From a virus (taxonomy: Duplodnaviria > Caudoviricetes), in IMG/VR virus record IMGVR_UViG_3300046522_000316, positions 32,001 through 96,000 of that record: a DNA stretch of 64,000 bases; one strand, given 5' to 3'. The notes under the pieces are model-generated. The model had not been told where the DNA came from and ran no database searches. It saw only the letters and a list, made by a program, of their open reading frames with translations. Below, piece by piece: positions 19,308-29,358 of the stretch. The translations under genes were made by a program, and so were the position numbers. Position 1 is the first letter of the stretch. Each line of letters opens with the position of its first letter.

Positions 19308-19689
19308 CGGAACTCTCCGAATCATCCACCACAACGACCGGCTTTTTGTCCGGCTGCTTTGGTGGGTTGGTTGGCTGCGTGGTGCGTGTGCGCGAACGGA
19401 TAATTTCTGCCGCTTTTTCCGGGGTCATCTGGCGGTGGTTAAGCACCTTCTTTTCCCAGTACAAACCTTTCGGCAGTTTTTCATTCAGCGAGAACGGCAG
19501 GCCGTTCGCGGGAATGCCCGGCACATACGAATCGTGGAATTCGAAATCGCGCTTTGCCTTGATTGTGGCATCGCTCCAAATCCCGTCGATTGCACCGTTG
19601 TAGTAACCGAGAAACGCAAGCACGACTTGCTGCGCCATCAGTTCCATTTTTCCAGTTTGCATGTTTTTCTCCAGCGTTAAATGGGCCAT
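19288..19689 (-). CDS. Stand-alone peptidoglycan-binding (PG_binding_1-like) domain protein
   Basis: QQVVLAFLGYYNGAIDGIWSDATIKAKRDFE matches LQ..L...GY..G.iDG.fG..T..A...FQ. Confidence 0.65.
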   Translation of the reverse strand: MAHLTLEKNMQTGKMELMAQQVVLAFLGYYNGAIDGIWSDATIKAKRDFEFHDSYVPGIPANGLPFSLNEKLPKGLYWEKKVLNHRQMTPEKAAEIIRSRTRTTQPTNPPKQPDKKPVVVVDDSESSDDDAQE

Positions 19690-19704
19690 CCTTGGCCCTA
19701 CCGA

Positions 19705-22700
19705 TTAACGGGTTTTGTATTTGAAGGTAAGCTCAGACAATTCTTTCAGCGCCTGATCTTTGTTCTGCACGGTGACGCTGCGCGCAACTTCTGCAACCTT
19801 CGCTTTCAGGTCGGTTTTATTCTTCCCGAAATACATCCATTCGCCGTCAGACTTCAGCCACTTCGCACCCGAGTTCGGAACAACTTTGCCGAGGTGCTTA
19901 ATGATGCCGGGGTTAGTCCGCAAGTCCACGCAAAGCATCACGTGTTCTTCGGTGAAGATCGGGAACAGACGCAGTTCACGGCGGTTGCTGCTCATGCGTT
20001 TCTGCACGCTGAAGAACGCAGGCAATTCACTTACCGGCGCCAGTTCCAAGCGATACCACAACTTGTGTTTATTTGCCTGACCTTCGTCGAACGCGCTGTT
20101 AATCGCAGCGAACATATCGTTCAGCTTTTGATTCACTTCGAAGTTGTCATAAACCCAGTCGTAAATTGCGTGGAATTTCTTCTTGTTCGAAACGTTGATG
20201 TACGCGTAAGCCGGTGTGAATTTGAAGCCCTGTTTCTTCAGATCCACTTCGCCCGATTCCACGATTGCTTCCAGTGTTGCGAAGCCGTGGTAGTAGGCAG
20301 GATACAGAGAAATTTCGGTAGCTTCGATTTCTTCTTCCGGCTCTTCAGGGAAATCCTCCTGCTCAACAATGACGCCGACTTTCGGATTGTCGGTCGGACG
20401 CAATTTCTTGCCGCCGCCGATTTTCACCGTACCGCCAGTTTCGTAAATGCCTTCGTTGAGTGGACGCCCTTTCTTTTCGTTCTCCGTGCGTTTCTCGCCG
20501 TCCTTCGCTTCCTTCTTGATAACGCGGATTTTTTCGCCTTCTTGTTTCTTCCGGATGCGCTCTTCGCGTTCTTCCTGCTCCGCTTGTTTGCGCTGCTGTT
20601 CTTCCAAGCGCTTTTGGCGGGCCGCGCCGCGTTTCTCTTCGGTGTCAGTACCAGCCAGCGACACGTCAAAGAATTGCGCGTCTTGCTCAGGCGAAATATT
20701 CTTCTGCGCAAGGTAAGCCATGTTCACTTGAACCGTCACACGCCCCGGCATACCGGCAGGTGGATTTTTCAAATTCACAATGAGGCTAGAAAGCTTACCG
20801 CCACGGGTGTTAAAGCCAACGATACGCCCGGTGCCCCATTCGGTAACAACAGGTTTCGTGCGCAATTTTTCGCTGAAGTTTTTCACGATTTCCGGATCAC
20901 GCAGCAGAACTTCAACGTTCAACAGACCCCAGTTGTGGTGGTCAGGAATTGGTTGGTTTGCAACGAACGGCACCAGTTCCATACGGGCCGAGCCTTCCAG
21001 ATTTGGAGCGCCTTCAATCGGCAACATATCCGCTTTCATCGAATTGCGCATTTCTGCGAATTCTTTTGCTTCCACGGCGTTGAGGCGACGATATGCGTCT
21101 TCCATTTCGTTGAAAGGTTCGTCGTCGAGGCCAGCGGTCGATGCAAGCATGTCCACACTGAGTGCCAAACGACGGTCGTCTTTTTCCGTTGGAACATTCA
21201 CAGAAGCCAGCAATTCTTTGTACAACGGATTCGCTGCTTCGGTGATTCGAGCAACACCAAAAGTTTTGGAAATAACACGCGCCAGTTTCGGCACTTCCAT
21301 GGTGTTGTCGGCCAGTACCCAATCCAGATAAACCACGTCACGGGTCAAACCGCCTTCGCCTTTCGCCGCTGCAATCGCGCCCTTAGCATCCGGACGCCAC
21401 ACACGCGCAGCAGTTTGCGACAAAGCACCCGGCCCCCATGGGGCTTCTGCACGAATCATTCGGCTTGCCAATTGAAGGTTGTGACCTTCGGACATGCCTT
21501 GTTCGTTCGCAATCAGAATTTGTACGCGATCATCGGTTTTGAAATCGTTGAAAGCTTTTACGCGATCAGGTTCGTCGCCGGTAAACTTCACCGCCATCGC
21601 CTGATAGTTCGGTGGCAATGCATCAAACACAGCCCGCGCACTTGCGTTGTAACGCGTGATAATGATCAGCTTGCCCTTCGGTTCTGGCTTCCAATAATCT
21701 GGAGCTTCGACCGGAGTTTTCGATTGAACGTTATCGGGAATTGCTACGCGAGTTTCGCCCGGATTATATTTCCGTGCGACATACAGCTGGCCTTCGAAAT
21801 CAACGAGGTCGAGTTCGATGTAGCGTGTGCCACGGCGCCATTTCTGCGGGTTGAAGTGCTTGGCTGCGAGGTTCGCGATGTACTTCGCTTTACGCGAAAT
21901 AAACCCTTCACCCATATTGCCGAAAACTTCGGTGTAGGCTTCGTCTTCCTGCGGGCAGATAATCAGGCGTTCGAAACGCGCAATGTTTTTCTCCCACAAT
22001 TTCTGCGCGATTGCTTCGCCGGAGAAGTCGGAGTCGTTATCGACGAATTTATCGCCGCTACCTTCCTTGCCGTTTTCTTCCTCTTCGTCGTCGCTGTCGT
22101 CGCCACCGTTTTTCTCTGCAAGCGCTTCAGCTTTCGCTTTCTGGCGCAGCAGCGGTTCCATTTCTTCCAAGGTACGGTCGAGAACCAAACGGTACAATTG
22201 TTCGTGCAGTTTTTGCTGTTCGATTTCGGCAGGCGATGTTCCGTCGGCGCCGTCGTAGTCCACCATTGGAACCGGGTGGAAACTTTCGATAGCGGACGGC
22301 AGCATGTAGGCCCAATCCTTTTTCTCTTTCACAATAAACGAAATATAGTGACCGAGTTTATCGACAGCACGTTTACCGTTGAGCGGGGTGTAGGTGGTAA
22401 TGATGCGATCACCAATTTTCACCAGACCGCTATCTTTTTCCGCTTCTTGATCAGGCTTGATATTCGCGATATCACCAGCACGGAAAACGTGCGGCGCTTT
22501 CAACGCGATTTGACCTTCGATATCTTTCGCCCGGTCAGGCATGATCGTACCAGTCAGCAGGCGCAGCCATTTGACAGTGGTCGAAGAGGTAATGATTTTT
22601 ACTGCACGGTGACGCGCAGATTTAAACGATTTCAAGTTATGCGATTCGTCGATGGCAACATAGTTGCAACCGAGTTTACGAATCAACTCAAGGTTTTGCG

Positions 22701-25700
22701 AGAAGTTAACCTGCGCGTTACCGATACACACGCGGGTGTTTCGGCCCTGAACGAAAGTCATCGAACTGATAAAAATCGTGTTCGGTGGAGCGTTGACCGC
22801 CAGATCACTCAGGCGTTTTTCACCAACGGTTTTCATCCAGCGAGTCAGTACAGCGGAACTGATCGGAAATGCGTTCCAATTGGAGCCTTGGAAATATTTC
22901 ATTTCCTCACACCAAGTGTTGATCAGACCGTTAGGGCAAATAACCAACGGACGTACAACGACGCCAGCTTCTTTCATGTCTGCCATGAGGCAAGCAATGT
23001 CGATAATGCCTTGACCGGTTTTACCACCGCCCGGCGCCAGCGCCAGAATTGCGAAGTTTGGCGGATTCTTTTTACGCAGCGAACTTTGCACCGCTTCTTG
23101 GTGCGGGAAAATTGCACGGTCTTCACCGATTTTCCCCGGCATCTTGATATCTTCGGCGCTAAACGATGGATCGGGCTGGATAGACTCAGCCTGTTCCGTT
23201 GCTTCTGCGAAAATCGTTTCCGCATTTGGTGCATATTTCCCGAGCATTACAGCGAACGGCAGAACGTCACGGTACAGAGTGGCGTTGGCCTGTAGCGGCA
23301 TGCTGATCGAGAAATTCTGGCCCGGACGATCAGGCATTTCGCCCAAATTCACAGTGGCCTGACCAGCGCGAGCATTCGCGTAGTGTTCGATTTCAACACT
23401 GTTGATCGCGTCGAGGATTTGCTTGAAAACTTGCCCACCGAAATAACGGAACAGGCGCGCAAATTCTGCGGCGGTAGAAATCGTGGTGTTGAAATAATCC
23501 GGATGGTTTTCCAGTTCGAGCGATACTTCCGATGCACGCGGAGTTTTATCACCGTTGCGCAAATTCTCGAAAGTTTCGTTCCACAGGTGCGTGCCCTGTG
23601 CGCCGGAAGCCATGTCCATTGCAGTTTCCAACAGGCTTTGAATCACGCCGCGAGTGTTGCCCTTTGCGCGATCCGGAAGCGTGCCTTCTGGTGTCAGAAA
23701 CTTGATGTAATCCGGACTGAAATCGAAACCCGGTTCGGTCGGCAGCTTCGAATAATTCAGGGCGCGCATTGCACTGCCCAACAATTCCGGAAGCTTTGGC
23801 ACTTTGTTATCGACGTAGGCCAACCGCATGTAGAGGTTGATCAGGTTCGAAGCCAATCCGCTTTTCGCGAATTTCAAATGGTCATCAGCGGCACCGTAAA
23901 GGTCTTCTGCGCGCTTGTACGCCCACGCGGTATGTTCGCCGTGGTTCAGCGTGTACATGGATTGCGCAAACGAACGCTTCATTGGTGTTTCGCCATCTTT
24001 GGCAAGGTTGAAACCCAGCCAGTCAGCGATTGCCAAAGAATCCGGAGTTACTGCACCGACCGAAGTCGAAGTAACAGTGCGGCCCGGTGTGTCGGTTGCC
24101 TGAATGTTGATCCCGAAGTCCCAATCAAAACCGAGGGAACAGCCGTCGAAATCGTTCAGGTCTTTTACAAGTTCCTGCATGCGCTGCAAATCTTGCGCAT
24201 CAACCCACGGCCATTTTTCTTCGCGGGGTTCGGCTTGGAAAGCAGCCAAAGGAATTTCGTTGCGGCTCAACAGTTCCAGCAATTCTTCCGAAACTTTCTC
24301 GAAATCTTCGGCCAGAGTAGTTTTTTGCAGCGCGTCGATACTCGGACGAACAGCCATCGTGCCTTGCGGCGTGATGAACATGTTTTCCGCGTTACCTTTG
24401 GTACGTTCAACAACGTAACCGAATTGTTCACGCAGCGCCGGGATACGTTTCAGCGTGGAAGCGCTGGTCGCGTAACGCGGGATATGATCCATGTGAATTG
24501 CTTTGGTGTTGGTAATCTTGTAAGCCTTACCGGTGCCCGTTACTTTCGCACGCAGAACCTGCGCGATGTACAGAGAGAACCAAGAATTCGCACGGGTCAA
24601 ACTTGCGCGTTCGTTGGCCGGAGTTTGCGAAACAAAATGCGCGATATCCGATTCCAGCGTGAAGCGGATCGAAGTACGAACGGTGATGTTCAGCAATTCC
24701 GATTCGGGAGTAATCTTCGGGCGTTCGCCGTTCAATTGCTCTTCGATTTTCGCATTAACTGCGGTCGGACTCAGCGCCTGTTCGTTGAACGCTGGTTTGG
24801 TGTTGCGCAGTTTTTCAGTCAGTTTTTTAACAGCGTGGCTCGGCTGTTTAATCAGTTCGATTTGCAGGAACTGATCAGCGAACGGGTTGGACACAACCAT
24901 GTCGGTGACGATTTCACCGGCAGTCGGCATTTTCAGGCCGGTGTGTTTAGTCCAGATTTTTTCAACGTCGCTGAATTTGGTATTGAGTGGAACGCCACGG
25001 TGAATCATGCGCTCGCTGCTGGCAGTGGTGCCAAACAGGAACATGTGAATTTCACGCGCTGCTGCCAAAATCTTTTCGCCCATCGACGATTGCCATGTGC
25101 CTTTGCGGCGCATTTCAGTCAGTGGGAAATCGTTGTTGGTTTCCAGATATTCGCTGCGACCGAGTTCGAAGTCGGACACACCGAAATACGGGGCAGGCAA
25201 ACCTTCTTTTTCAGGGTCAGCACCGGCACCCATCAGCACCACGTCGAGGCCTTCGTTATAGCGCTTCGAGCGATAAACGTTGTGGAAGCTGTGCGCGGTA
25301 CGACGCGAAGCACGCAGGAAGTTTACAACGTCTTCCTGAATGGAACCGGATGTACGCTTCGAATGGAACACTTGCACAAAAATCGAAGCAATCAATTCTT
25401 CGTTCTGTTCATCGGTGTTCATCGACATGGTGTTTGCACGGCCCATACAGATACGGGCGAAACGCAAAAACATGTTGAGGTTGGAAGTTACGTCGCTCAA
25501 CGATTCCAGAATGGGAACCAGAAAGTTCCGTTCTTTTTTCGGGTAGAAAAAGGATTCGTATTCGAGGTTTCGCGCAGGCTCCAGCGAGACGGTACGAATA
25601 GATTTTACGAATTCGGAACTTTCGTCACCTTGTTCGTCATCGTCATCATCGTCGCCGTCTTCGTCGCCGTTCGCACGGGCGTAGGCGCTCAGCTGTTCGG

Positions 25701-25785
25701 AAAGTTCTTCCTGCTGTTGAAGTTCCATGCGCTTTTTACGCAAAGCATCTGCGATTGGGTTTTCACGCCACTGTACACGATTCAT
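19705..25785 (-). CDS. Giant SNF2/SWI2-family helicase-like ATPase (2026 aa)
   Basis: Walker A APGGGKT, Walker B IDESH, motif III LTGT, HelicC EGHNLQLASRMI...QTAARVWRP; ~900-aa unassigned N-terminus. Confidence 0.85.
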   Translation of the reverse strand: MNRVQWRENPIADALRKKRMELQQQEELSEQLSAYARANGDEDGDDDDDDEQGDESSEFVKSIRTVSLEPARNLEYESFFYPKKERNFLVPILESLSDVTSNLNMFLRFARICMGRANTMSMNTDEQNEELIASIFVQVFHSKRTSGSIQEDVVNFLRASRRTAHSFHNVYRSKRYNEGLDVVLMGAGADPEKEGLPAPYFGVSDFELGRSEYLETNNDFPLTEMRRKGTWQSSMGEKILAAAREIHMFLFGTTASSERMIHRGVPLNTKFSDVEKIWTKHTGLKMPTAGEIVTDMVVSNPFADQFLQIELIKQPSHAVKKLTEKLRNTKPAFNEQALSPTAVNAKIEEQLNGERPKITPESELLNITVRTSIRFTLESDIAHFVSQTPANERASLTRANSWFSLYIAQVLRAKVTGTGKAYKITNTKAIHMDHIPRYATSASTLKRIPALREQFGYVVERTKGNAENMFITPQGTMAVRPSIDALQKTTLAEDFEKVSEELLELLSRNEIPLAAFQAEPREEKWPWVDAQDLQRMQELVKDLNDFDGCSLGFDWDFGINIQATDTPGRTVTSTSVGAVTPDSLAIADWLGFNLAKDGETPMKRSFAQSMYTLNHGEHTAWAYKRAEDLYGAADDHLKFAKSGLASNLINLYMRLAYVDNKVPKLPELLGSAMRALNYSKLPTEPGFDFSPDYIKFLTPEGTLPDRAKGNTRGVIQSLLETAMDMASGAQGTHLWNETFENLRNGDKTPRASEVSLELENHPDYFNTTISTAAEFARLFRYFGGQVFKQILDAINSVEIEHYANARAGQATVNLGEMPDRPGQNFSISMPLQANATLYRDVLPFAVMLGKYAPNAETIFAEATEQAESIQPDPSFSAEDIKMPGKIGEDRAIFPHQEAVQSSLRKKNPPNFAILALAPGGGKTGQGIIDIACLMADMKEAGVVVRPLVICPNGLINTWCEEMKYFQGSNWNAFPISSAVLTRWMKTVGEKRLSDLAVNAPPNTIFISSMTFVQGRNTRVCIGNAQVNFSQNLELIRKLGCNYVAIDESHNLKSFKSARHRAVKIITSSTTVKWLRLLTGTIMPDRAKDIEGQIALKAPHVFRAGDIANIKPDQEAEKDSGLVKIGDRIITTYTPLNGKRAVDKLGHYISFIVKEKKDWAYMLPSAIESFHPVPMVDYDGADGTSPAEIEQQKLHEQLYRLVLDRTLEEMEPLLRQKAKAEALAEKNGGDDSDDEEEENGKEGSGDKFVDNDSDFSGEAIAQKLWEKNIARFERLIICPQEDEAYTEVFGNMGEGFISRKAKYIANLAAKHFNPQKWRRGTRYIELDLVDFEGQLYVARKYNPGETRVAIPDNVQSKTPVEAPDYWKPEPKGKLIIITRYNASARAVFDALPPNYQAMAVKFTGDEPDRVKAFNDFKTDDRVQILIANEQGMSEGHNLQLASRMIRAEAPWGPGALSQTAARVWRPDAKGAIAAAKGEGGLTRDVVYLDWVLADNTMEVPKLARVISKTFGVARITEAANPLYKELLASVNVPTEKDDRRLALSVDMLASTAGLDDEPFNEMEDAYRRLNAVEAKEFAEMRNSMKADMLPIEGAPNLEGSARMELVPFVANQPIPDHHNWGLLNVEVLLRDPEIVKNFSEKLRTKPVVTEWGTGRIVGFNTRGGKLSSLIVNLKNPPAGMPGRVTVQVNMAYLAQKNISPEQDAQFFDVSLAGTDTEEKRGAARQKRLEEQQRKQAEQEEREERIRKKQEGEKIRVIKKEAKDGEKRTENEKKGRPLNEGIYETGGTVKIGGGKKLRPTDNPKVGVIVEQEDFPEEPEEEIEATEISLYPAYYHGFATLEAIVESGEVDLKKQGFKFTPAYAYINVSNKKKFHAIYDWVYDNFEVNQKLNDMFAAINSAFDEGQANKHKLWYRLELAPVSELPAFFSVQKRMSSNRRELRLFPIFTEEHVMLCVDLRTNPGIIKHLGKVVPNSGAKWLKSDGEWMYFGKNKTDLKAKVAEVARSVTVQNKDQALKELSELTFKYKTR

Positions 25786-26198
25786 GCGTCGTCCTCAGAA
25801 ATCACGCCTTCGGTTTGAATGATGCTGGCCCACGTTGGGTTCGGCTCACGTTTTTGTTCAACCGCCAGTTTTACCAGCGCTTGAGCCATGGCGTTACGCA
25901 CGTGCGGATCAGGTTCATCTGCGAAGGGTTGCAAATTGTAGAAGCTGTACAGGTTGTTGTATTCCTGCAAACGGAAAGCAACGAGCAAACTTTCGATTGC
26001 TTCTTTCATATCGAAAGTCGGCGGGGGCAAATCCGGAACGTATTCGGCATAGGCTTCGTCTGCCAAATCCTGAATATCATTGCGCAGCACTTCGGACAGA
26101 TGCAGAATTGCTTTCAGTTTCTGTTCAGGCGGCGCATCGCCCTTTTTGATAATGGTCAGGATACTTTCGATCCCATCCAGAGCGGTACTAAGGCTCAT
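25782..26198 (-). CDS. Hypothetical protein
   Basis: ATGA-coupled to the SNF2 gene. Confidence 0.65.
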   Translation of the reverse strand: MSLSTALDGIESILTIIKKGDAPPEQKLKAILHLSEVLRNDIQDLADEAYAEYVPDLPPPTFDMKEAIESLLVAFRLQEYNNLYSFYNLQPFADEPDPHVRNAMAQALVKLAVEQKREPNPTWASIIQTEGVISEDDA

Positions 26199-26878
26199 TG
26201 CAAGTCTCCAATTGAGGCCCTTCGCCAGACGGCTAAGAGTTCTTTTTCTAGAAGCGGGTAATGCGGCATTTCTGTCAGAAAGAAAACCTCATATTTCAAA
26301 TAGAGGTGATCGCCCTTCAGGCGCGCAATGCTGATTTTCATGTCGCGATTTAAAACCACCACGTTTTCCTGCCACGGCTTTACCTGTCGGATCGTTCCGG
26401 GGCAGCGATCAGTTACGATGGTCACGGCTTCACCGCCACGCATTACTTTGCGGCGATCAAGTTTCAGTGAGTCAGGAAGTTCCTTTAGCACTTTCACTTG
26501 CACCATTCGATTCAGCAAATAATCGAGGGAGAACCGTTGAGCCTTCATTTTCACTTGGCCCACGATTTTGAAACCGTGAACAACGTTGGTCATGTCATCG
26601 GAATCAAACACGATTTCAAACGTATGCTTTTGCGGCTTCAGGTGATACAAAAGAAACTTGGAATGCAGCGCGCTACTGAAGGCGGCGTACAGTTTATTTA
26701 CAGTAAAGAAATCCTTCAAATTGTGGAGCGTTTTGACTTTTACCCCGGCCTGACGCAAAAGGATTCGAAAACCTTCTTTCAAAACTTTAGGGTCAAGCTT
26801 TTGTACATCGGGTAATTCTAAAAACGCTTCCCACGATCCGGCAAATTCCGGATCAATGTCAGGTGGCATCTTTAGCAT
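26195..26878 (-). CDS. Hypothetical protein
   Basis: ORF track, coupled. Confidence 0.65.
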   Translation of the reverse strand: MLKMPPDIDPEFAGSWEAFLELPDVQKLDPKVLKEGFRILLRQAGVKVKTLHNLKDFFTVNKLYAAFSSALHSKFLLYHLKPQKHTFEIVFDSDDMTNVVHGFKIVGQVKMKAQRFSLDYLLNRMVQVKVLKELPDSLKLDRRKVMRGGEAVTIVTDRCPGTIRQVKPWQENVVVLNRDMKISIARLKGDHLYLKYEVFFLTEMPHYPLLEKELLAVWRRASIGDLQ

Positions 26879-27212
26879 CTTTTTTCTTCTTCGCTAGGAT
26901 TAGATGTTTGGAATGTCGGCTACTGTGCTGGGCAGCATGGCAGTCGGCGCAAAGGGTACGCAGGTTGTGCATTACGGTTTGCCCACCGGATGCAACAGGG
27001 CGAATATGATCGACCTGCAAATACGTTGTGTTGGGGCATTTGGTGCATTTGTTCCCGTCGCGTTTAATCACCTTCGCACGGATTGTCATCCACTCACTGC
27101 GGTCGCCGTAAACGGTTGCAGAAGCACGACGAACTTTTGCCACAACTTTTGCTTTCTTCGGCCCGCTTGCAACACTCTTAACCCGCTTGGGGGCGACACG
27201 CGTGGGCCTCAT
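26859..27212 (-). CDS. HNH endonuclease
   Basis: CTKC...VDHIRPVASGG...NLRTLCADCH. Confidence 0.9.
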   Translation of the reverse strand: MRPTRVAPKRVKSVASGPKKAKVVAKVRRASATVYGDRSEWMTIRAKVIKRDGNKCTKCPNTTYLQVDHIRPVASGGQTVMHNLRTLCADCHAAQHSSRHSKHLILAKKKKDAKDAT

Positions 27213-27997
27213 ATCAATACCTTCCGCATCCGATCCAGTGCTTTTGGATATTCTTCGGTGACAGATGCCGCCGCTTCACCCAAAGTATTTTTCAGTTTCT
27301 TTTCCACTTCCGAACGCTGGTCTTCGTTCTTAATGAACTTGGTGATTGCGCCCATCATGTGGAAATAAATATCGGTGAAAGCCTGCGCCACAATCTGCTG
27401 ATACGGGCGCATTACAATCGCTTCCAGTTCGGAAATCTGTGCAGAAATATCGCGAGTGGCACGCAGGTCTGCGATCACTTCACGAATCTGCGAATAGATG
27501 GTGTTCAACGCATAAACGTCTTTGTTGTAAATGCGATCTTCCATCTGTTCTTCGAGACGTTGAGCAGTCTGAATCAGTTGCTCAAAAATACGGCGAGTTT
27601 CCGCATCGTATTCATCGACCGGGGCCGGGAGGTGAACGTATTCTTCCACCGCTGCAAGCGTGGTGGCTTTGCCTTTCGCTTTCTTTTTCAACGCTACAGA
27701 ACCAGCAGGCAGCGCGATTTCTTTACTCAGCGATTTAGGGCCGGGAATCAACTGGCCTTCCAGCGCTTTCTTTTTCTTTTTCTTGATTGGATCTTGGCCG
27801 ACTTTGTAAGTGTTATCTTCGATCACGATTGGTTCGTGTTTTTCGACTTTAACCTTTTTCTTTTTCTTAACGGATGGGCCACGACCTTCGTCAAGGTGTT
27901 TATTGCGAAGCTTACCGCGATCATCAACGCTAATGCCGTCGTCATCGCCGCCACGCACGGTGCGCACTTTCACACCAGAACTTTTTACCTTAGCCAT
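27209..27997 (-). CDS. Hypothetical protein with poly-Lys tracts and helical C-terminus
   Basis: KKKKKVK and KKKKKK tracts; coupled to the HNH gene. Confidence 0.7.
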   Translation of the reverse strand: MAKVKSSGVKVRTVRGGDDDGISVDDRGKLRNKHLDEGRGPSVKKKKKVKVEKHEPIVIEDNTYKVGQDPIKKKKKKALEGQLIPGPKSLSKEIALPAGSVALKKKAKGKATTLAAVEEYVHLPAPVDEYDAETRRIFEQLIQTAQRLEEQMEDRIYNKDVYALNTIYSQIREVIADLRATRDISAQISELEAIVMRPYQQIVAQAFTDIYFHMMGAITKFIKNEDQRSEVEKKLKNTLGEAAASVTEEYPKALDRMRKVLI

Positions 27998-28026
27998 GCA
28001 TTCCCCCTAACCGCCGCCAAACCGAC

Positions 28027-28049
28027 AAAAGGGGGCGCATGGCCCCCTC
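28027..28049 (-). terminator. Rho-independent terminator
   Basis: AGGGGGC-CATGC-GCCCCCT followed by TTT on the minus strand. Confidence 0.65.
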
Positions 28050-28069
28050 TTGAATTTCCCGCTTTTTGT

Positions 28070-28915
28070 TTAGAAGAAAACGTGACCGCGAACGCGAGTC
28101 ATGAACTCTTCGAAGTAGGCCGGGCGGCGTGCGAAAACGCGGCTGTAGAACGAAGAGAAACGATCAACGTCAGCAGCCGATGCAACGGCGATGGAATCTT
28201 GAATTTCTTCTTCTTCCAGTTCGACGGCGCCAGCGGTAACAACGATCATTTCGCGATGCACGGTTTCGGTTTGGCCGTTCGGGCGAACAACGAAAATGTC
28301 CGGGGTTGGCGAACCGTCTTCGTGGTCGATGGAAGCGCAGGCAATACCCATTTGCAGGTCAGCCGATTGCTGCGAAACGTAGGTGATAAGGTCGCCGCCT
28401 TCCACCATTGCGCGATCCTGCGAGGATTGCACGTGCAGGTTTTTGTTGTTGAAATCGTTCACGTCCGATTTGGCAACGGCCAGCAATTGCTGCATTACCA
28501 GAGTGTCGTCAGCGCAAACGGATTTAACCATTACTTCGCCGGTTGCGGTTTTGCGCAGAGTCCACAGATTTTCGTCTGCGTCCATGTACATGTTGGCCGC
28601 AACGGCCTTGTAGTTCGGGCGGTTGCCATCGTTCAGAACAACGCGTTCGGAAACGACGCCGACGATACCTTCGAAGTGATGCAGGGTCGGTTCAGCGGCC
28701 AGCGAAACGAACGAACCGTGAATCGGGGAAACGCCTTTGAATTGCGCTTTGATACCGGCGAAAACTTGTTCAGCAGTTGCGCCAGCAGAAGCAACGGCGA
28801 CAACGCGCATGAAACGGTCGTCGATTGGAAAGGCTTCGCGAATTTCTACTTTGGTTACGGCGGTTTTGCCGGAAGTAACCAGCGCATCGCGGGCTTTGGT
28901 AGCGTTGAAAGTCAT
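28070..28915 (-). CDS. Probable virion structural protein
   Basis: Strong highly expressed-type codon bias, own terminator, in a putative structural cluster; function is inference. Confidence 0.5.
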   Translation of the reverse strand: MTFNATKARDALVTSGKTAVTKVEIREAFPIDDRFMRVVAVASAGATAEQVFAGIKAQFKGVSPIHGSFVSLAAEPTLHHFEGIVGVVSERVVLNDGNRPNYKAVAANMYMDADENLWTLRKTATGEVMVKSVCADDTLVMQQLLAVAKSDVNDFNNKNLHVQSSQDRAMVEGGDLITYVSQQSADLQMGIACASIDHEDGSPTPDIFVVRPNGQTETVHREMIVVTAGAVELEEEEIQDSIAVASAADVDRFSSFYSRVFARRPAYFEEFMTRVRGHVFF

Positions 28916-28952
28916 GTGGTAAATCTCCAGAGGATGTATTGTTAAATTACGT

Positions 28953-29336
28953 TTATTCAGTGTCGCGGGGCACGAAGATTACTTTGCCCATTGTTTCCGG
29001 GCTTTTGTCTTTCAAATGCGGAGCCATGAAACCATCGGTGTAAATGGAACAACCCGCCAATTGGCCGAGGGTGCCGTCCAATACCAAATCGTGTTCCACG
29101 CTTGGATCGAAGTATTCAGCGCATTCATTGGAACCGATAATGTCCGACCACGGTTTAGCGTGCATCAGCACATATTTCGATTTGCGGAGAAGTTTACGCG
29201 CCTCTTCCATATTCTTGAAAATGGTATCGTCCACGATGATCCCTTTTTCGAGAGCTTCTGGAAGACGTTGGAAATACGAGGAATTTTCCAATGCGAGTTT
29301 ATCTTCGAGTTGTGCCTGCGTCATTTGATCGTTCAT
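28953..29336 (-). CDS. Hypothetical protein
   Basis: Probable start MNDQMTQ at 29336. Confidence 0.55.
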   Translation of the reverse strand: MNDQMTQAQLEDKLALENSSYFQRLPEALEKGIIVDDTIFKNMEEARKLLRKSKYVLMHAKPWSDIIGSNECAEYFDPSVEHDLVLDGTLGQLAGCSIYTDGFMAPHLKDKSPETMGKVIFVPRDTE

Positions 29337-29358
29337 GCTCTTTATGCCCCTTGTCACA

